Origin: Botryllus schlosseri
Lineage: Eukaryota
Assembly: GCA_051294905.1 (NCBI GenBank)
Contig: CM119379.1
Coordinates: forward strand, 20,584,001 to 20,648,000
Direction of reading: 5' to 3'
Length of the DNA: 64,000 bases
Shown piece after piece: positions 52,038 through 64,000 of the stretch. Every line of letters begins with the position of its first letter. The first letter of the stretch is position 1. The notes beneath the pieces were generated by a model. It worked only from the letters and a program-made list of their open reading frames with translations, was not told the origin of the DNA and did no database searches. The position numbers and the translations under genes were made by a program.

Positions 52038-53088
52038 CAGGGGTGGGCAAACTACAGCCCGCGGGCCGCAACACCGTTCTGTGCGGCCCGCGAGAGTCTA
52101 AAGAAACTTTTAAAATATATTGATAAAATGCGTACTAAAATCTAATTAATGCAGGGACTTGATTACCTGTTCTTAGTATATATATACCATGATAATTCTA
52201 CGACAATGGTTCTCAAACTGGTGGGCGCGCCCCCTGGGGGGGGCGTGAAAGCATCTGAAGGGGGCGCGAAGCTGAGCTCAACTGAAAAAATTTTCGCGCA
52301 CGGCGCGATTTACTTCCAATCCAAAGTTATTGCTGTATATTTAGTCTCTCATCCACAGTCGTAACCTTCCATGCCATCAAACAACCCGTTGAGTTTGCTA
52401 GCATCCTGGTTGCGTTTTGTGATATGACGGTAAGGGGGCGCAAAATCTTTCACCAAAGGGGGAGTTTGAGAACCACTGATCCAAGGTAAATACTTAATAT
52501 CACAGCAGGATAGCTGCAACGAGATTGACATAATTTGGATCACGAGTGGGATTTCAGATTGGTCACTCCATTTTAACTATTTCAGTGTAGTGCTTATAAA
52601 AAAGCGATTCGGGCGTGTCTTAGGCAGAGGTGGTCAAAGTAGTCACCGTCGCTACTCAAGTAGAAGTAGAAGGAACGCTGAGAAGTAGAAGTAGAAATGG
52701 TGGTTCACAAGTAAGTAAGTAAGTAAGTAAGATGCTGTCAGCATTGTGTGTCCGGGAACTGAACCAGAAGTGGACAGATCGCTGCTCAGTGCTCACAGAT
52801 TTCAATTTCAATCCTGTTCTAACAATCGGGCCAACAGACTTTCATCTCTATAGTTTTAACAAATTGATGATTGAGGTCCGGCAGCCTATGAAATCTCGCC
52901 ACTATATGTTTCTGACGCGCGTACGATATCATAAAAGCAATGTTTGGCTTGTTTTAAATAAGCACATATATTATCTCAATGTCCTCACTATGTAATCAAA
53001 TATCAATATTGCGTTTGACTTAGTGCGGCCCGCGAATGGATTCAGATGTTGAATGCGGCCCGCGAGCTCAAAAGTTTGCCCACCCCTG
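52038..53088. mobile_element. Non-autonomous hAT element carrying a nested MITE at 52204-52478
   Basis: TIRs caggggtgggcaaact / agtttgcccacccctg; perfect TSD gtctaggc. Inner TIRs caatggttctcaaact / agtttgagaaccactg. Confidence 0.9.
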
Positions 53089-53196
53089 GTCTAGGCGATA
53101 TAAAAAAGGGGGCAAGAACATTGCACACTAGGGTTGTTCAGATTTGACAATTTGTCAGGAAACTACGACCATTGTGATCCAAATGATGGTTTAGTA

Positions 53197-53893
53197 CAGC
53201 GGTTCTCAACCGCTGGTCCGCGACGACTTAACCTACCGGTCTGCGAGGTATATAAGGATTTTATATCTTCATTTAAAGATGCAAGATGGTTGAGGCTTGT
53301 CCATTGTTTCAATAAGGAGGTAAGATTAGGCCCGGAAACATGTTCGATTTGACGATAAGTTCAAGCTGTCTCCAGCGACGACACACGATCGACTCAGCAA
53401 GTACCAGCTGACTCGCTAAGCCACGCAATTCGTACGATCATTCGTTTTCGATTCGTTAATTTTGTGGATGGCCACTGGCCAGGTATCGCTGTTGCCAGGT
53501 GTTTTCGTGAGGCGTATTGCATTCCTAGACCATCCCAGTTATTATTCATAACATGACCACTATGTAGCGTTTACGGTGCGTGTAGTAAGACGATATGAAA
53601 AAGTATATTAGTCCGGACTTCACTAGAAATTGACATGGACAGCTTAACATGGGTATTTTGCGTCAAGTTGGTTCATTACGACTATGTCCTATAATGCGGC
53701 CGTGCGCCATGGAAGTAATCGAAATGAGGTCGTGAATAGCAAAACGGTTGGTTACCCCTATTCTAGTACCATACTCGTAGACGGCTGCATAAATTACATT
53801 TGGGGTTGATTTCAATTTTGAAGGTCCACCGGTCCGCCAAATATCTTTTCAACTTTTACCAGTCCGTGAGGTGAAAAAGGTTGAGAACCACTG
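53197..53893. mobile_element. Non-autonomous hAT element
   Basis: TIRs cagcggttctcaacc / ggttgagaaccactg; perfect TSD gtttagta. A related partial copy starts near 29756. Confidence 0.9.
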
Positions 53894-53904
53894 GTTTAGT
53901 ACAC

Positions 53905-55095
53905 AAAAAGACTTTGAGCAATTTTGGTCACCTTCATCGTGATAGACACCGTTTCCTATTATGAAGTTGAAAAAATGAGCAATAAACTGTTTAATGCGCA
54001 AGCTGATCATTTTCAGAAACCATGACAGGATCATAGCTGATGGCCTTGTTGGATTTCAGTTTGTGGATGGCCATTGGCCATACCTCTACTTCGGCGTGAT
54101 TGGTAGGCTCGAGCATAACAGACCGAGATAGCGATCTTACCTCCGGCATGGATGACGCAGGTTTCGTAATAGTAGAGGCACTGTCAGGACCTACGTTACA
54201 AAAATATTCATTGCAATGATTCTCGACGATCGGCATGGTTGTAATCAAGTCACAAGGCTCCGAGTCACAAGTCAATCTCACTTTTATAGTATTGACTCGA
54301 GTCAAGTCGAGTCATTTTCAATTCACCACCGAGTCAAGTCCGAGTCCAAGTCATCGGGCAGAGGGTCGAGTACGAGTCAAAGTCATTGTGTTGGCTGCTG
54401 TTTCCAGTTGAAGTCTTGTAAAACCCACTTTTGTAACTATGTTTGGTGATATGGAATGGTTCGCATTTATAATATACTAATTTCCCTCGCATTTAGCAGT
54501 GTCTGGTCCCATTTTCAAGTATCAGTACACGAAATCCAAAAACGGTGGTTACTTTACGATTCTTCAAAATTACAATGAAATGTCGGTCTTAGCCGTCCGA
54601 GTCTCGAGTCATATGACTTGGTTCGAGTCCAAGTCGAGTCAATACACAGATTGACTCGAGTCGATTCATTTCCGTATTTTGGAAAATATGTCTCGAGTCA
54701 AGTGGAGTCATCAGAAAATCGTGACTCGAGTCATTACAACCCTGACGGTCTGATAGTTTTACTCCGGTTTCGAATTCACAATTTGCCGGAAAGACTTGTG
54801 ACATGTGACAGAGTCAAGTCTTGACCGGATTTTGCGACTGCCTTTTTTCCGTGTCAGTTGGAAACTCTCTCATTGTATTCTTTTTTTGCCTTGATAATGA
54901 GATGCGTGATGCGATTTCTGAAGATTCGAAATCTTTCTCGTTCCTCTTCTGAACACTCCTTGGTTTCCAGTCTGTGGTGCCACCGGGTTCGTTTACGGGT
55001 ATATTGTACCAACTCTGTAGTCATCCACGGTTTTTGCATCCGCTTTTTTTGACTCCTCGATAGATGCTGTAAAGGCGGATTCACACACAACTGGT
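53905..55095 (-). mobile_element. CR1/L2-clade LINE ORF2 fragment (endonuclease-RT linker), split by a MITE at 54234-54744
   Basis: QKPWMTTELVQYTRKR..FRNRITHLIIKAKKEY; NEYFCNVGPDSAS..LEPTNHAEV..HKLKSNKA. Confidence 0.85.
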
Positions 55096-55152
55096 TCGTA
55101 CGGGAAATTCGCGTGCTACACTGGACGCGTTCTTCAACGCACCTACACCTAC

Positions 55153-55953
55153 CTGTACCAAATGACTGTCATCAAAGTGTCTTCTCATCTTCCCTGCATC
55201 AGCTGGGTTCACGATATTTGTTTCTCGCTCTGAAGTATCGTCTTCTAAAGCAAATCAACCAAATTGAATTTACAGCGACGCCTTCGGAATTAAATAAATG
55301 AAAAAGTTGACATTATGCAAACATTAATCGCAAAGAATATCTCATGCAGCCACTTCAACTTATCAGAACTTTGAGCAGTGCAATCAAGTGTGTTCTTAAT
55401 GTTTTTCTGTTACATGTAGAGCGTAGTGGCACAAAATATATTCAACTTACTCATTATGACTGAGGGGTCTTCTTCTGGAGCAGCAACCAAACTATCTGAC
55501 TGCGGACCTTCTTCAAGTTCTGGCAGGTTGTCGACGGTGCTGAACACATGGGTATGGTCATTAATAAGGAGCTAAAGATTTATGATTGATCACGACGTAC
55601 TCCAAGTATTTGATATATGGTCCAAGAAACATCATCTGCTGATAGTATGGCCACTTGTCTTGTGCAACTGCAGAGGATCCTCTTGGGCTATTTGCAGAAA
55701 TTCTACATGTTTCCAAAAAATTGGTCCTCAAACTCGCCCATAGAATTTTCACAAGCTCCACTAAATGAAATTACAGCAGTAAAACTAAAATGCCGTTTGG
55801 AAATGAAAGCATACCAGATGTTCTTAGTTCACAAGCAATCGATGACCATGCAGCATCAACAATTGGCCTGTTTTTCCTGGCGTGGTGGAACGGATGATAG
55901 AGCACTTCTTGCTTTGAAACCAAATCGATCAACTTTGCATTTAAATCAGCCAT
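55153..55953 (-). CDS. MADF/Myb-SANT DNA-binding protein gene of the Harbinger element (4 exons)
   Basis: Exons 55953-55815, 55760-55601, 55539-55451 and 55244-55153, GT-AG and open: MADLNAKLIDLVSKQEVLYHP...DAAWSSIACEL..VELVKILWASLRTNF...KWPYYQQMMFL. Confidence 0.8.
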
Positions 55954-56078
55954 TTAGAAGGATACCGGTGTATCAGACAATATTACACTTGCTGTAAACA
56001 AATGTAGAAGGGTTGAAAAGACAGCAAATGAGCCCGTACACATTCTAGGACTATACACGATACTTCAACATTAATTAG

Positions 56079-57660
56079 TTACACAAAGCGCCAGTAACCC
56101 TTGAGATCATCACGATATTTACGAGCAGCTGCACTTGGGAAGTTCGATCTTGACACAGGCAATTGCCGCATGTTCCAGAATAGTGGCAACGATCTGCGCC
56201 GATTTCCTTCAATCAAATCACCTTGATTATCAATAGCATCACCATGCATATCTGATGCAGGACTATTCTCTGCTTGCAGATAATTATGAAGTACAACACA
56301 TGCCTGAACAATCACGCCAGCCAAATCAGGAGCTGCATTATTTGTCCTATGGAATATTTGCCACCTGCTAGCTAAAATATTAAATGAGTTCTCTACCACA
56401 CGCCGACCTCTACTAAGTCCGAAATTAAATATTTTGAGCTCAATTGATTTATGTCGGATACAGTAAGGCTTCATCGGCAGCGAAGAAAAATGGCGTAAGA
56501 ACATCAGGAAGATTAATGGCGTCCTAGTAACAGGTATTTTAAGTGTGCCATTTTCCAGGCCTCTTCCAAATCTAGAATCACTCTGACGCCCATGGTCCAC
56601 AATATTGACAAAAATGAATTTGTTGTGGACATCACAGGCAGCTAGGATAGGGTTGCCATACGGTACGTCCGGAATGTCACTGTTCAAATTGCGTCCAGGA
56701 GGAAATTCCAAAATATATACCTAAATGTCCGGAATTTTCAACGTTTGAAATATAGGATCAAAATATTTTCGTAAACTAAAGTAAACGATATTATTTTTGG
56801 ACAGAGTTATGCCACTTGAATATTTTCTTCGCGGTGCGAGCGATTTCGTATCACAATCGTTGATTTTAATATGTGAACCACCGCTCCCGCAAACATGAAA
56901 TCAAAAATTAATCACAATAATCATCATTTACCGAAATAAGGCTATTGATTGTAATCGCGATTATATGAGAATGCTACCAAAATTAGCCTTGATTAAGTCT
57001 GGGAAACGGTGTTTGAGTTGGGCCACAGAACATTTTTAAATTATAAATGCAGTCGCGACCATAAACAGTTTAAAACCGCTGGATGAGCAACCTGCTGGTG
57101 TGGACTGGCATTTACACTGATAAATAGTTTCATCCGTGTGACATGACAAGTATATATTAACGTTCCTGCTTTATCGAAGTCATCATCCTCCACCAGCTCT
57201 ACCGCTAACTACGATCATGTGGGCAGAGAAAGGATCAAAATTTTATAGTGATACATGGAAGAACCAATATTATATAGACAGATTTCATTCAGAAAATAGA
57301 AACCAGATAAATATAATAAGCCCCCAAAAAGTTGCATCGATAACCTTACGGTGGGCTCAAGATAAGTGTATATTTCTACGGTGAAAAAATTGTTGTTTCA
57401 GTCCTGGTTACAAACACGCAAGCAACCACATACATGTACCGACTCAACAGTCCTGTCCTGATACGCATCGTCACAATCTCTGGTCGATAGGCTAAGCTTT
57501 GCTAGTGTGATGTCACATTCACAGACAGTGTGTCAAATATCTCGTTTTAATATCCGTTAGCAAGTGCTAAAGAGTGTCCGGGATTTGCCCTAAGCTCGGA
57601 TCACGATTGAAAAGTATCCTTTTTTAAGTATAAAAGCCACTGCCACTTTCAGGAGGTGCT
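56079..57660 (-). pseudogene. PIF/Harbinger DDE transposase, decayed and interrupted
   Basis: PPESGSGFY..KGYFSIVI(R)A [insertion] ACDVHNKFIFVNIVDHGRQSD...IFNFGLSRGRRVVENSFNILASRWQIF...IVQACVVLHNYL. Frameshift present and the expected GD.AF motif is lost. Confidence 0.88.
56648..57592. mobile_element. hAT-like non-autonomous element splitting the Harbinger transposase
   Basis: Left end tagggttgcca, degenerate right end ttgcccta; TSD agctagga / agctcgga. Transposase reading resumes across it. Confidence 0.75.
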
Positions 57661-58200
57661 CTCCCTCCGCGTCGCTGTTCTTACGGCTATTATTAAAAAA
57701 ACGATGAAAGAGCGTAGGAATCACTAGGAATGGAAAGAGCAAGGAAGAGCTGCGGAATAGAGAATAACATTGAAAAAAAAAAATAACTGTGATATCGGGC
57801 ACTAGGCCAAGTTTAAGAGACCGCTACTGCAACCGCCACTGGTCGTTCGGCGTTCTCCTATCTGTTCATTACATCGCATTGTACATTGTGTGGGTTTTGT
57901 TCAGATGAAAATGTGATCCGACGATTATTAATATTATTGATTACTGCGTGGCGATAGCGTAACCGAACCAATGTCTCAACAATGCAGACTGCAGAGCCAT
58001 ATTTATTAAAAGCTAATCTAATTCAAGCGGCCGGCAGTTGTTTTGGAGAATTTAGATCATGGCGCGACGGTAACCTAATAACTGGCGTGGCGTCCGCATA
58101 CACGATACAGTTAAATTTCAGCGTTTTCTACCTACTTGCCAGGCATTGCAAAGAACATATTTCTTGCAGTATTTAGCTGCAGTTGATGAGCTGAATAAGG

Positions 58201-61200
58201 ATGCCGTCGGATGTCAGGGACCGAACCGAAATAACACCATCTGGTCATGACAACGGGGCTATCCCGAAAAACAAAAGAATGAGACCAGGAAGTGGCAATA
58301 ACTCCCGAAATAAAGTAAGTACCGGCACTTCATATAAAGTACTTCAGTGTCTCTACTCATTCAAACGAAATCATCCGATATCAATGACTATATAAAATAA
58401 TATGCGATTTCATTTAGGCGCATTAATTCCATACCACAATGCCATCGTGTACCAAGGGTACCCTTTACCGAGATTCCAGTAGGGACGTGGTATTCAGTAT
58501 GGTATTGTTGTCTTGAATTGTCTTGTAAACTGATTTAAACTGAACTAAACATGTTCTTCACTCAATATTATCCAATTCATATCATAAGTATAGTTGATGA
58601 ATACTTTACTAGTAAGGCCTATGTAAATTTAAGTGTAGGCCCTAATAATATTCGTGTTTTGAATTTATAATAGTAGGCCTATCTGTAAAATTGTTCAATC
58701 GAACACTAGCCTATACTCTGCACCGTACTCTCTAACTCTCTCTTCCGAATAGCCTATACGATAATTATCAGGTCTGGGGAACAATAACACGGCTGACATG
58801 ACACTGACACTGCAACAACAGTACCGTGTGCTAGTTTCGTTACACTCGTTCTGTATCATGAAGTGAAATCGCTGAATCAAATACTCTGGGTCTATCTGAA
58901 ATAGTCAGCTTAAACATAAAAACTGAATGTGAATACACTTTTCAACAAGCATATAATTAAGGAAAAGCTATTTTTTACTTTTATGCAAAACGCTAGTATA
59001 TACTTCTTGGAACCTGGTGGCTGTCATGCAAGTTGTGGTCAGGCTACAGATACCCCATCATATTTGGATTCATGTTCAGATGGGACCGGTAACAGTTGAA
59101 ACAGTACGAAGAATCGTTGCTCAAGAGGGCAGATCTGCGAGAAATCTCATATCATGGAATGCACCGTTGGATATCAACGACAGACCAAAGCCATGTAAAA
59201 ATTATTGATGCACGGTGTTTATTGAACAGAATTACTCAACAACCATGGAATATATTAATTCAGGGGTTGCAGAATCCAAGCCAAATGTAAAATCCACGAA
59301 AATCCATGTGAAACGTAGATCAAAATCCTACGATGTTGGAACATTGGAAAAGCAGAAAAACTCTGACACAAAAACAGGTATGCTTCAACCTGTAATAAAT
59401 TTTGAGATGGAGAAAAGTTCTGTGTCGAACAGGTACTCCTGGAAATTCAGTGAAAAGGCAAGTCAGCATCCGTGCAAGATACTGGGCGTACCTTTTCGAT
59501 AATCTGCGTCGGGCCGTCGATGAGATTTACGCGACTTGTGAAACTGATCAAAGCGTCGTCGAATGCAAGGTATCTTCATGTCTGTTTATTTTATATAATG
59601 AACGTGTAACGAAAACATTTTTTCTTGCATCAAGGAAGTTTTGCTGGTATTGGATAATTACCGACATGAATTCCAGGCTCTTATCGACTGGATAAATCTT
59701 GAGGAACGTTTGAATTCGACAGACATAGCCAATAGGTTTGTATTCATTTTTATCCTATTTGAAATTCGAATTCCCTGGGTGCTGTGGAATTCTGCGTTTA
59801 GATTTTTAGAATATGTTTTGGTGTGAGGTAAGTTATGTACAAAATACTTCTATTTTGTTTGGGTATTCAAGTACAGCCAAAGTATTTGATTTCCACTACT
59901 TCAATTTTGTCAATGAGACTACTGATCATTAGATATGTTTGACCCGATTTTCAAACGACAGAATAATTGTTACAATTATATGATTGCTATATAATCGAGG
60001 ACATATTTTGAATGTTCGGCTATTTGTAACCCTATGAACCGTTACGCACATAGCAATAACGAAGGCTTGTAGGCTGTTGTCCCGGCGTGGGGGAGTTACT
60101 GCATCAATGTAATCAGTTGCAAGCAATGAAGTTCACAAATCCGGTGGTGTTTATGCTCTCAATAACTTGGTATATCGCAATATCTCTTATCAGTTTATAC
60201 AACATAGTCCTTGTAACACTAAAGAATATAGTAATTGTCCTTTTACAAAGCAATCGATTATATATAAATGCATCATATATGGCGATTACGTTGTAATTTT
60301 TTCAAAGGTAATCAATTACATTTACAACTTACGATTACCCTATGTCTGGTTGAAAATCATTTGTATTTCCCTACTGGTGGTTTGGACCTGCTCCATGAAT
60401 TGTTAACTATATTTGAGCTCAATCGGTGACTGCTATATAATATATATCTATGATTTGACTCATAGGCCGACGTCGTTAGCCTGGGAGGTTAGAAAGTCGT
60501 CTCCGGGCCGTCCGCGGCAGAGGATGCCGTCGCGCGGCACACCAAACACCGGCGCCAGAACGCCCGAGTCGCGTCCAGCGACAGCCAACAGCGTCGCTAC
60601 GTCCAGCCGACCCAGTCCAAGTATCAAAAGGTGTTTGAGATTCAACGATGTGTCCGCGACAGAGAACCGTACTAACCAGAGTGTGTCTGCTGCACGTGCT
60701 TCTAGCTCGACGTATAGTAATCAAGCAAATCGGTGTGTTTGCATTTTTGGTGATGTAATTGTGTATTGTAGCTTTGTCACGTGTTGCTTTTTCTTTCATA
60801 TTTCTCTCCGAATCAAGTATTAATTGTAGTGATTTGAGTTGAGTAGTGAGTGGTAACTTTTTTGAAGTTCTAGCAACAGTTATATTATCAACGAGAACTA
60901 GCCTATAGTTTCGATTTTTGATACATTCTTCCCACTGCTGTAGGCTTGAAACAGCATTCAATACATAGTACAAAGTTTCGCACGGCAGTGAAAGCGATCA
61001 TTCTATGAAGTCGGGACCATCTCCCAGCAATGTCACAAAGTTTACCATATTATCTTTAATGTCGTGTTGGCATAATTTGTTCTTTCCAATTCTCTACTAG
61101 CTGCTGACGATTACCCCCTGACGAGTGTCGGCCGATAAGATGCGGGTTCATTTGAATATGAATATGCTTTTCAATTGTATAATTGAACTTTCTCCATTGT

Positions 61201-63814
61201 ACATACTGTTACGCCAGCATAATGAGAGGTACTCGTCTCGAAGTCTAATTCTCAATTTGCAATCGAATCACTCAGGCACTCGATTTTGCCCAGCACTAGT
61301 TCTAAGTATTTGGTTTGACGGATTTCTATAGATGCTCAGATGTTTCTGAATGTCTGTTGCTGAACGTATTCGTCAGTGTAAAATCACTGTCTGGATCGAA
61401 TGATAGGTGTACAGTGTACACAACTGTTTTAATCACTTTTTACTTCAATGATGTTTGCCGTAGCAATCAATGTCAGATGTGTTCTGTGTAATTTGGTATT
61501 TTTTCAATAGAGTGTTCACTTATTAATCTTGTTTGGCGTCTGTAAAGCGTAATCGTGCATGTTTCGTAGATATCCACGTCTTCAAATTAAACTGGAAATA
61601 CGGCCGCGACCAAAAGGTTGGGGATCACTGCATTATGCTATATGTTTTGGCTCGTATGGTTAGCACATTTTGACGCTGTTGTGTTGAAAGATGATTGTGC
61701 AGGCCATTCACGCTTGATGTAACGGAATTTACACGATGCAGTCCATTTTGGTAGTGATACCTTCACACTTTGCATGCTTAGCGGATCCATTTCGAACGAA
61801 AGTATCGTGATAAAGTAAAGGTCGCGCTTTATCCAGATCTGACTCGGAGGTCAAAGCCGAGCCCACTCCCGGTAACGTGACGTGGGCCGACCGCGTCAAG
61901 GGCGTGCCTGTTCAATCTCAACGATCACCGCGGTCACATAATAGAAAATTTGTCAAACCGCAAAACGCTGTCAATGGGAACACTGCAAATAAACCCGAGG
62001 AACATCGTGACGCTGATGGTAATCAACGTTTCTCGTCCGTCTTTATCTGATAAGATAGGGGTTCTTAAAGTGGGGTCTGTGAAAGGCAAACATTGAGTAA
62101 CAAATATAAACTACGCTACATTGTCCTATATTTATAAGATATGTCCTTATTTTTGACTGCATTGACAGTGACAGGGGTTGGTCTGTATTGTTGACTTTTT
62201 TATTCGCTACGTATCTCTTCAACTAGTCAATATCTCAATGAGGCACCATTGGCGAAAGTGATGACCCTATTTTTCTGTTATTTTAGTTATCATGTCGCTT
62301 GAATTGATGAGTTAATTTTTGTGGAGAATTTCACAAATTTCGGGGCGATCCACGCGACTACTACTGGGGGTCCGCTCTGAAAAAAGTTCCTTACGGTTTG
62401 CAGATGAAGACGGTTGGGAAAAAGTGTCGTCGCGCGGCAAGCAGGGGAAGAAGTCTTTGAAGGATCACGCTGTCGTCGATAATACGAAAACTGTGAAATC
62501 TCTGTCTGATCAGACTCTCGCCGACACCGGTAGGTTCGAGCCTCAGGATCAGTCATCACCGACCCAGGCGAATAGAACGGCGAAACAACAGAATTATTCG
62601 GGAATCGTCGTTGAACGGTTCATGGGTGAGTTGAAGTTTTGTTCTGCGTACTCGAGTCTCATTGTTACAGGACGCGGTCGGCTGGTCTGTACTGGAGTAC
62701 TTTAACGGAGCACTCTAGTAAGTTTTGCCTACTTGGACCAGGGTTGTAATGACTCGAGTCACGACTCATCTCAAGTTTTCGTTGACTCGACTTGAGTCGC
62801 GTCATATCATCAATTTGTGTATTGACTCGACTTGTACTCGATTGATTGCGCACGACTCGACCAAGTCGTTTGGCTCGAGGCGTTCGATATGGTTTGTTCA
62901 AGTCTCGTATCTCAGGACCGATAATTCAAGAATAGGCGATAGGCCCGTAAACTGTGTTTTGTCTGTTTGAATAATCATGTTTAGAGTGAGAATAGTATAG
63001 GGCGAGGCTTTCGAAATCACCCAAGAGTACTGAACAGTAAATACTATGACTTGGACTCGAGTCTTAACACTATGACTCGGACTCTACCCGTTGCTCCTAG
63101 ACTTGGTGGTGAATTGAAAATGACTCGACTTGGCTCGAGTCAAAACTATAAAAGTTAGATTTACTTATGACTTGGGACCTTGTGACTTGGTTACAACCCT
63201 TACTTGCACTTCTTCAGTAGCAATTATTTTGGAATACTTTTTCTAGTACAGTTTATTCGGCAAAACTGGATCTAGAATTCTTGACTTTCACTTACTTGGA
63301 AGTGCTACTACTACTGTTACTTGCGTGGATATTTACATCATTGCTTCTACTTCTTCTTGAGCGCCGACAATGAGTACTTTGACCATCTCGGATTGTTACC
63401 CACATTAGGTCGTTTCAAGACTGCAACAGCCTTTGTGGGACTTGGCATTTTCTTGAGGCGGTCAAATGTACAACGCCTGCATCGTAGGATGTGCCAGACC
63501 TGACCAGCACCGATTGGCCAATGGTCTTTTCGCTTGACATACCAATACATGGAATGCTTCGCTGTAACACGAGTGCTGCGCAGAAACTAGTTTTGCTTGT
63601 GAATAGTTGTAGAAGTGTCGCGCATAGAACTTTTTATCTCACATTGCGATTTCTTTGCTTTTCGTAGGAATGTACGGCAGCAATCCCTACCCCGTAACCA
63701 GTAAGAGTGCAACTGTCATCAGCAAAGGTATCATCGAAAGACCCGGAACCAGTAAGGGTAAAGACCTCACGCTGCAAACATTGGACGATGTCGAAGCGGA
63801 ATTCTTCAAAGCCG
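58201..63814 (+). CDS. SCAPER: SCAPER (S-phase cyclin A-associated protein in the ER), 5' exons; gene continues past the window
   Basis: Exons 58201-58314 (tentative), 59080-59194, 59264-59377, 59433-59569, 59635-59735, 60466-60711, 61837-62018, 62404-62625 and 63668-63814 (tentative). Motifs: [82 protein letters not shown]. Confidence 0.93.
61090..61185 (+). repeat. Degenerate copy of the hammerhead-bearing repeat in a SCAPER intron
   Basis: ttctctactagctgctgacgattacccc-CTGACGA-G-tgtcggc-C-GATA-AGAT-GC-gggttcatt. Same flanks as 15311-15398, but the core GAAA and the UH site are mutated. Confidence 0.7.
62739..63201. mobile_element. gactcgagtc-rich hAT-like MITE family; another full copy at 54234-54744
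   Basis: TIRs cagggttgtaa / ttacaaccct(g); near-perfect 8-bp TSD acttggac / acttgcac. Partial copies at about 10235-10370, 12915-13070, 40815-40885 and 51365-51440. Confidence 0.8.
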
Positions 63815-64000
63815 GTATTTGGAGATGCTAGAGATAGGTTTACTGTCGCGTGGTCAAGATTTTTTTTAGATGCATAGTTTCGATATGCGCTTGACCCGTT
63901 TTTGACTCTTCCCGGGCTATGTCGTTTCATTGCTGGGACAAAAAGTACATAACACTTCACCCAAGTTTTGTGTTTTCTTGTGGATAAATCTATCATGTTT

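Noticed and set aside
63321-63560. Coding-like, GC-richer segment in the last SCAPER intron
   Set aside because: No phase-compatible splice pair or recognisable motif on either strand.
1-64000. CRISPR arrays, operons, rRNA or other prokaryotic systems
   Set aside because: The sequence is spliceosomal-intron-rich animal DNA. The short recurrent motifs (gactcgagtc, agtagaagtaga) are MITE subrepeats without regular repeat-spacer periodicity.

Overview
This is animal (probably invertebrate) genomic DNA with many short GT-AG introns of 50-70 nt and TE-rich long introns. Bases 1 to ~47.1 kb hold one giant + strand gene. I traced 68 phase-compatible exons by hand (10,122 nt, about 3,370 codons); the start lies upstream of the window and the last exon is unresolved. 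The predicted protein is a triple chimera. It begins with a CAP/SCP (CRISP/PI16-type) domain and a Thr/Ser/Pro/Glu linker. The middle is the C-terminal ~60% of fibrocystin-L/PKHD1L1 (7 IPT/TIG domains, G8, beta-helix, G8, beta-helix, C-terminal region). It ends in a Cys-rich module, a uromodulin-type EGF-ZP-N/ZP-C module, a furin site and an external hydrophobic patch. From ~47.8 to 58 kb is a nested transposon cluster: CR1/L2-clade LINEs, hAT MITEs, tRNA-derived SINEs and a Harbinger element with a dead transposase and an open MADF gene. From ~58.2 kb to the end is the 5' part of SCAPER. Introns also contain an inverted pair of Penelope-type minimal hammerhead ribozymes and an R4/Dong element inserted in the (TAA)n tail of an L2. 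Comparisons with human proteins are from memory and need confirmation by alignment.
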